From Candidatus Caldatribacterium sp. SIUC1 (GTDB lineage Bacteria; Atribacterota; Atribacteria; Atribacterales; Caldatribacteriaceae), in the NCBI RefSeq assembly GCF_051549785.1, contig NZ_CP189974.1, positions 911,231 to 943,230 of the forward strand: a stretch of 32,000 bases of DNA. Direction: 5' to 3'. The stretch's first letter is position 1; each line of letters starts with the position of its first letter. Shown piece by piece: positions 27,001-32,000 of this stretch. The position numbers were made by a program, and so were the translations under genes. The notes under the pieces are model-generated. The model was given only the letters and a program-made list of their open reading frames with translations, had not been told where the DNA came from and did not search any database.

Positions 27001-28349
27001 AGGTGAAAAGGTACCGGGAACTTCTGCTCTCCGTGCTGCTCTTTGTGGGGGTTTGCCTGTTTTCCGGGGCCCAGGGGAGGGGCCAGGATATCTCTCTTAA
27101 GGAGGCTCTGGAACGGGCGCTTCTTGGGAACCGGGAGATCAAGAAAGCCGAGATCGAAGTGGAAGTTGCCCGCTCTGCGCTGCGAAAGGCTCGGGAAAAC
27201 ACCTTTTCCCCGGCGATTGCCGTTGGAGAAACGATACGGCTTTCCGGAGAGTCCCCAGAAGGGTTGTCGTTAGAACTTCAGGATACCATCTCCTTTGACG
27301 CTTCGCTCTGGGAAGAAGCAAAGGTCAGCCTTGAAAAGGCAGAGAGGGCTCTGGAAGCAACGAGGGAAGAAGTGAAAAAGAGCGTCGTCACCTCGTACCT
27401 GGAAATTCTCAAGGCGAAGAACACCCTTGCTCTTGAGGAGAAAAGCCTCGAACTCCTCAAGGGGCGTCTTGAGCGCCTCAAGGAAGGGTATGAGAAGGGG
27501 GAAGCAGCGGCTTTCGCCCTCCAGGAAGCCGAAGGGCAGTACAGGGAACAGGAAGGAAAGGTTCGGGCCCTGAAAGAGAGGCTCCGCCTTCTTGAGGAAC
27601 GGTTCTTCCAGCTTCTTGGGGAGGAAATGCCCGGGGAAGAGGTGACATTTCGGCCCCTTCCTCAAAAGCTCCCTGCGTTTTCCAGAGACCTCGCCCTCCA
27701 GGATTTCGTTTCGATACGGGATGAAGTTGAGGATCTTGAGGGACAGAGGAGAGTTCTGAAAGCGCAGGAAGCTCAGCTTCGCCGAAAAGGCCTTCCTCAG
27801 ATTACCCTTGAGGGAACCTACAGCAAAGACGGCTGGTCTTTGACCGCGGGCTACAACTTTTCGGCGAAATCCCTCGACATCGTCCTCAAGAAACCTCTTG
27901 GTACTCAGGGAGTTTCCTCGGGGGAGCATTTCGGCGTGGGTCTTTCCGTTTCGTGGTCGTTCTCCCCGAGCCTTTCAGAAGAAAAAAAGCAGGTGGAACT
28001 CAGGCAAAAGGCCCTCCTCCTTGACCTTGAGACAGAAAAGGCCACCGTACTTTTCGATATCCGGGAGAAGTACCTTTCACTCTGTGAAGCCTGGGATACT
28101 CTGGAGGGGAAGCGGATGCTCCTTGAAGCCGAAAGGGAGCGGCATGCCCGGATAATGAAGCAGTGGGAACTTGGGAGTATCGACCAGGTGACCCTTCTTG
28201 AGAGCGAATACCGTCTTTCACAGGCCCAGGTAACGTACGAAAATGCTTTTTGTGACCTTCTGGCAAGCTTTGTCGCCTTTCTCCGGAGTACGGAACAGCC
28301 TATTCTTTGGGAAACCCTGTTTCCTCAGGAAGGAGACGAGAGGCAATGA
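26973..28349 (+). CDS. TolC-family outer membrane efflux protein
   Basis: Signal-like N-terminus LLLSVLLFVGVCLFSGAQG, then ISLKEALERALLGNREIKKAEIEVEVARSALRKAREN (the typical OEP repeat start) and a second coiled repeat. The start is ATG 26973 or GTG 27003. Confidence 0.8.
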   Translation: MGKKPKGGLKVKRYRELLLSVLLFVGVCLFSGAQGRGQDISLKEALERALLGNREIKKAEIEVEVARSALRKARENTFSPAIAVGETIRLSGESPEGLSLELQDTISFDASLWEEAKVSLEKAERALEATREEVKKSVVTSYLEILKAKNTLALEEKSLELLKGRLERLKEGYEKGEAAAFALQEAEGQYREQEGKVRALKERLRLLEERFFQLLGEEMPGEEVTFRPLPQKLPAFSRDLALQDFVSIRDEVEDLEGQRRVLKAQEAQLRRKGLPQITLEGTYSKDGWSLTAGYNFSAKSLDIVLKKPLGTQGVSSGEHFGVGLSVSWSFSPSLSEEKKQVELRQKALLLDLETEKATVLFDIREKYLSLCEAWDTLEGKRMLLEAERERHARIMKQWELGSIDQVTLLESEYRLSQAQVTYENAFCDLLASFVAFLRSTEQPILWETLFPQEGDERQ

Positions 28350-29695
28350 AAAAAGTCGTGGTACTCTTCGTTGCCCTTGTTCTTTTCGCTGTCTTTCTCG
28401 GCGGATGTTTTCCCCAGCAGGGGCAGAGGGCCTCTCAGGCGAAGCAGAAAACCGTTGCATCTTCTCAGACCGTTCCCGTGCGACGGGGGAGGATCGCCGA
28501 TACGGTATCGGAACTCGGCACCCTTGAGCCGCTCTCGAAGGTCTCGATTATTGCGGAGGAGAGCGGAAAAGTTGCGGAGGTCCTCGTTAGGGAAGGGGAG
28601 AGCGTTGAAAGGGGCCAGGTGCTACTTCGCCTGGACACCGAAGACCTTGAAATCACCCGCTCGCAGATTCTGGCGCAGCTCAAATCAGCCCAGGTTGACC
28701 TTGAGGAGTTGCTTTCCGGGCCGACTGAGGTGGAGCTCCGCTCAAAAGAGGCCCAGTATACGGAGGCCCTTCTGGCGTATGAGGAAGCGAAGAAGACCCT
28801 TGCCCGGAATGAACGGCTTTTTGCCTCGGGAGCCATATCCCAGGAAGAGCTCGAAGCCAGCCGGAACGAGGTGACGAAAAAAGAAAAGGCTCTTGCCGTG
28901 GCAAGGGCAGAGCTTGAGGAGACGAAGAGGAAACCAAAGGAAGAAGACGTGGAGCGGGTAAAGGCGCGGATTGAAGAAATCGAAGCCTCTCTGCGTTCGG
29001 TGGAGCGGCGAATTGAAAAGGCCGAGATTCGTTCTCCTCTTAAGGGCATCGTCCTTGAGGTGAACGTGGAGGAGGGCGATTTCGTTTCAAGCGGCACCAG
29101 CGCCTCGGGAGGGACAACCCCTGTTGTGGTTGCTGACCTCTCGACGATGAAGGTGGACGTTCCAGTGAACGAGGTGGACATCCCCAGGGTACGGATTGGG
29201 CAAACTGCCCGGATTACCCTTGATGCCTTCCCCGGGAAAACTTTTGAGGGTCAGGTTGTAGCGGTGGCCTACCAGGGGAAAACCAGCGAGAACGTGGTGA
29301 CCTATGACACCACGGTGCACCTGGCGAATCCCGACAACCTCCTTCGGGCGGGGATGACGGCCAATGTAGAGATTATCATTCAGGAAAAGGAGAACGCTCT
29401 GCTTGTTCCGGCAAGTGCGGTGAAAGAGGAGGGACAAAGAACTTTTGTCTTCGTGAAGAATGCCCAGGGACAGCCCGAGCGCAGGGCGGTGGTCCTTGGA
29501 ATTCGGAACGACGCTTTTGTTGAGGTCGTGGAAGGACTTCAGGAGGGTGAGGAGGTCTTTGTGACCCCACCAGAGGGTGCAGAGGTTTCTCCTTCGAGCA
29601 CCTCAGGGGGTGCACAGAGAGACGTACAGGTTCGTGTAGGTCCGGTTCCTCAGGGTCCTCCACCGGCTCCTCAAGGTCCTCCACCGGGAGGGTGA
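28346..29695 (+). CDS. Efflux periplasmic adaptor (MacA/HlyD family) lipoprotein
   Basis: Lipobox-like VFLGGC. Biotinyl-lipoyl half-motifs ([25 protein letters not shown] ... [12 protein letters not shown]), a long coiled-coil hairpin, and beta-barrel/MP domains. The start forms an ATGA overlap with the OMP gene. Pro-rich tail [15 protein letters not shown]. Confidence 0.88.
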   Translation: MKKVVVLFVALVLFAVFLGGCFPQQGQRASQAKQKTVASSQTVPVRRGRIADTVSELGTLEPLSKVSIIAEESGKVAEVLVREGESVERGQVLLRLDTEDLEITRSQILAQLKSAQVDLEELLSGPTEVELRSKEAQYTEALLAYEEAKKTLARNERLFASGAISQEELEASRNEVTKKEKALAVARAELEETKRKPKEEDVERVKARIEEIEASLRSVERRIEKAEIRSPLKGIVLEVNVEEGDFVSSGTSASGGTTPVVVADLSTMKVDVPVNEVDIPRVRIGQTARITLDAFPGKTFEGQVVAVAYQGKTSENVVTYDTTVHLANPDNLLRAGMTANVEIIIQEKENALLVPASAVKEEGQRTFVFVKNAQGQPERRAVVLGIRNDAFVEVVEGLQEGEEVFVTPPEGAEVSPSSTSGGAQRDVQVRVGPVPQGPPPAPQGPPPGG

Positions 29696-30459
29696 GCCAG
29701 AGAGTGCAACCCATCATCCGTGTTGAGAACCTGGTCAAGGTGTACCGCACGGGGAAAGTGGAGGTTCAGGCACTCAAGGGGGTGACCTTTGAGGTGCATC
29801 CCGGGGAGTTCATCGCCATCATGGGTCCCTCAGGCTCAGGCAAAACCACCCTTATGAACATCCTGGGATGCCTTGACACCCCAACAGAAGGTCGGTACAT
29901 CCTCGACGGTGTTGAGGTTTCTTCCCTGCGGGAGCATCAGCTTGCCGAAATCCGGAACCGGAAAATCGGTTTCGTTTTCCAGAATTTCCATCTCTTGCCG
30001 CGCCTCACCGCTTTCCAGAACGTGGAACTCCCCCTCCTCTACGCTTCGGTGCCAAAGAACATCCGGGTCCGGAGGGTCCGGGACCTCCTTGAGCGGGTGG
30101 GCCTTGGGGAGAGAATGCACCACCGGCCGAATGAACTCTCGGGAGGACAGATGCAGCGGGTGGCCATTGCCCGGGCGCTGGTGAACGATCCGGCCATCAT
30201 CCTTGCCGATGAGCCCACAGGGAATCTCGATACCCTCTCGGGAGAAGAGATCATGAGCATTTTCCAGGAACTCAACGAGGAGGGGCGGACCATCATCCTT
30301 GTGACCCACGAGCGGGACATTGCCCAGCACGCCCGCCGGGTCATCCACTTCCGGGATGGAAAGATTCTCAAAAATGAAGACGTCACCGACCGTATTGACG
30401 CCCGCCGGCTCCTTGAGGAGCTCAAAAGGCAGCGGAATTTGCTGGAGGAAGCAGGATGA
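29692..30459 (+). CDS. ABC transporter ATP-binding protein (MacB/LolD family)
   Basis: Walker [11 protein letters not shown]-loop FQNFHLLP, signature [15 protein letters not shown], Walker [12 protein letters not shown], and H-loop VTHE. The GTG start overlaps the adaptor stop (GTGA). Confidence 0.95.
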   Translation: MSQRVQPIIRVENLVKVYRTGKVEVQALKGVTFEVHPGEFIAIMGPSGSGKTTLMNILGCLDTPTEGRYILDGVEVSSLREHQLAEIRNRKIGFVFQNFHLLPRLTAFQNVELPLLYASVPKNIRVRRVRDLLERVGLGERMHHRPNELSGGQMQRVAIARALVNDPAIILADEPTGNLDTLSGEEIMSIFQELNEEGRTIILVTHERDIAQHARRVIHFRDGKILKNEDVTDRIDARRLLEELKRQRNLLEEAG

Positions 30460-31673
30460 ACTTCTCGGAGAGCTTTCAGACCGCACTGTTCAATCTTTTC
30501 GCCAACAAGCTCCGGTCCTTCCTCACCATGCTTGGGGTTATCATTGGGGTGGCAAGCGTCGTCGCCATGGTGAGCCTTGGGCAGGGTATGCGGGCGCAGA
30601 TTGTGGATCAAATAAGCAGCCTCGGGTCGAACATCCTCACCGTCATTCCCGGAAAGGTTCGCCAGGGTGCAGGACCCATGGGGATGTTCATGGCCCGGGG
30701 AGGGGGAAATGTCCTCAAGTACGAGTACTTCCAGGAACTCCGGGCTACCCCCTTCCCCGGCATTCGGGCGGTGACGACGGAGGCGACGACCAGCCTACCC
30801 GTGACCTTTGCCCGGGAGAGCGTTTTCGTAAACGTGGTGGGGACGACACCGGAGTTGCTGGAGATTCGTAACTTCACGCTCCTTGGTGGTCGTTCCTTCA
30901 GCGGATATGACTACTCCCGCTCCCGGAAAGTGGCGATTCTGGGACACACGGTGGCCCAGGACCTTTTTGGGGATCCTCTCCTTGCTGTGGGGGCCTCAAT
31001 CCGAGTCGGACGAACGATTTTTACTGTGGTGGGTGTGCTTGAGCCGAAGACCATGGGTGGCCAGGATCTGGGAAATCAGGTGTTCATCCCCCTCACGACG
31101 TTCCGGCAGTACCTCACGGGAGACCGGTATCTCCGGAACATCATTGTCCAGGTGAACGAAAAGGAGAACATTCCCCTTGTGTCGCAGTGGCTTTCTGATT
31201 TCTTCACGAGGAAAATCGGAGACCCTGAGCAGTTCTCCATCCTGAACCAGCAGGACCTTCTGGAAACTGTGGAGAGCGTGACGGGGACCGTCACGCTTTT
31301 CCTTGCCGTCATTGCTGGTATTTCGCTCCTTGTGGGAGGCATCGGCATCATGAACATCATGCTTGTGTCCGTGGCGGAGAGAACCCGGGAGATCGGCCTT
31401 CGCAAGGCCATCGGGGCAAAACCCCGGGATATCCTCCTGCAGTTCCTCCTGGAGTCTTCGCTTTTGAGCCTTGTGGGGGGAGTGGTGGGGCTCGTTCTTG
31501 GCATTCTTGCTGGCAGGACCATGGCGTCCTTCTCCCAGTTTCCCTTCGTGCTCTCGCCACAGGTCATGGCCCTGGCCCTCTCAGTTTCTCTGGCTGTGGG
31601 GCTCTTTTTCGGGATATATCCGGCCCGGAGGGCGAGTCGTCTCGACCCCATTACGGCACTCCGTTACGAGTAG
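30456..31673 (+). CDS. ABC transporter permease (MacB periplasmic core domain + FtsX domain)
   Basis: 405 aa. N-terminal [23 protein letters not shown], a large periplasmic domain, and C-terminal FtsX helices with [14 protein letters not shown] and [18 protein letters not shown]. The start forms an ATGA overlap with the ATPase gene. Confidence 0.92.
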   Translation: MNFSESFQTALFNLFANKLRSFLTMLGVIIGVASVVAMVSLGQGMRAQIVDQISSLGSNILTVIPGKVRQGAGPMGMFMARGGGNVLKYEYFQELRATPFPGIRAVTTEATTSLPVTFARESVFVNVVGTTPELLEIRNFTLLGGRSFSGYDYSRSRKVAILGHTVAQDLFGDPLLAVGASIRVGRTIFTVVGVLEPKTMGGQDLGNQVFIPLTTFRQYLTGDRYLRNIIVQVNEKENIPLVSQWLSDFFTRKIGDPEQFSILNQQDLLETVESVTGTVTLFLAVIAGISLLVGGIGIMNIMLVSVAERTREIGLRKAIGAKPRDILLQFLLESSLLSLVGGVVGLVLGILAGRTMASFSQFPFVLSPQVMALALSVSLAVGLFFGIYPARRASRLDPITALRYE

Positions 31674-31687
31674 AAGGAGGGATGGAT

Positions 31688-32000
31688 ATGAAGTTAAGGA
31701 TTTTAGGAATTCTCGCGATTCTGGTGTTCACTGTCTTCTGGGATATGGGACTGGTCTTCGGGGAGGAGGCGAAGACCCCAACGTCGCTCTCGCTCAAAGA
31801 GGCGATTGAACTTGGCCTTCAGAAAAGCCGAACGATTCGCCTTGCTGAGTTATCCCTGAAGGTTCAGGAACTGCAGTACAGGGAGGGGAAGGCGAACCTT
31901 CTCCTGAACCCCTCGGTGGTCTCTGAGCTCCGGCTCGAGAATACCTGGCAAAGCGCACAGAGGAATTTCGCCCTGCAGCGCATGCAGCTTGCCCTCAGCA
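31688..32000 (+). CDS. Second TolC-family outer membrane protein, 3' end beyond the window
   Basis: Not in the ORF track because it is open to the edge. Manual translation: M(DM)KLRILGILAILVFTVFWDMGLVFGEEAKTPTSLSLKEAIELGLQKSRTIRLAELSLKVQELQYREGKANLLLNPS... It has a signal peptide plus an OEP-type N-terminal repeat, and GAAGGAGGG lies upstream. ATG 31682 is an alternative start. Confidence 0.7.
   Translation, partial: MKLRILGILAILVFTVFWDMGLVFGEEAKTPTSLSLKEAIELGLQKSRTIRLAELSLKVQELQYREGKANLLLNPSVVSELRLENTWQSAQRNFALQRMQLALS

Overview
GC-rich, very gene-dense bacterial chromosomal window: 41 CDS and 2 tRNAs, with many 4-20 nt gene overlaps and many GTG/TTG starts. The content is almost entirely housekeeping. 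I found no CRISPR array, transposase, integrase, phage gene or recognisable defence system.

Layout, left to right:
- A 3'-truncated Na+/solute symporter with a small coupled membrane ORF (minus strand).
- Nicotinamidase-like hydrolase and a stand-alone glutamate formimidoyltransferase.
- hsp20 behind a perfect consensus promoter, then tRNA-Pro(CGG).
- A tightly overlapped plsC / NHL-propeller / Memo-family unit.
- csp, then rpmE-thyX-DUF1385-prfA-prmC-rpiB-dCMP deaminase-WecA/TagO-like transferase-wecB.
- A complete F1Fo ATP synthase operon on the minus strand (atpZ-I-B-E-F-H-A-G-D-C).
- tRNA-Gly(CCC), then nusA-ylxR-infB-DUF503-rbfA-nrnA-truB-ribF.
- An OMP / MacA-like adaptor / MacB-like ATPase / FtsX permease / second OMP efflux cluster running off the right edge.

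Gene order resembles Firmicutes, but the TolC-family proteins suggest a diderm envelope. Glu/Arg/Val/Leu-rich proteins suggest a thermophile. Both points are inference, and I cannot assign taxonomy from sequence alone.

I do not see a convincing new multi-gene system. The observations most worth a second look are:
1. The ATP synthase delta/OSCP gene encodes only the C-terminal domain.
2. The c subunit carries a Q...ES...Y ion-site signature typical of Na+-binding rotor rings.
3. A structured repeat element (10-bp inverted repeat enclosing three 11-bp-phased TCACA repeats) lies inside an unusual 3' extension of ribF, just upstream of the efflux operon.
4. A promoter plus perfect 13-bp hairpin forms the nusA leader where rimP would normally sit.
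5. An orphan Memo/AmmeMemoRadiSam-B homolog is translationally coupled to a doubly anchored NHL-propeller protein and plsC.
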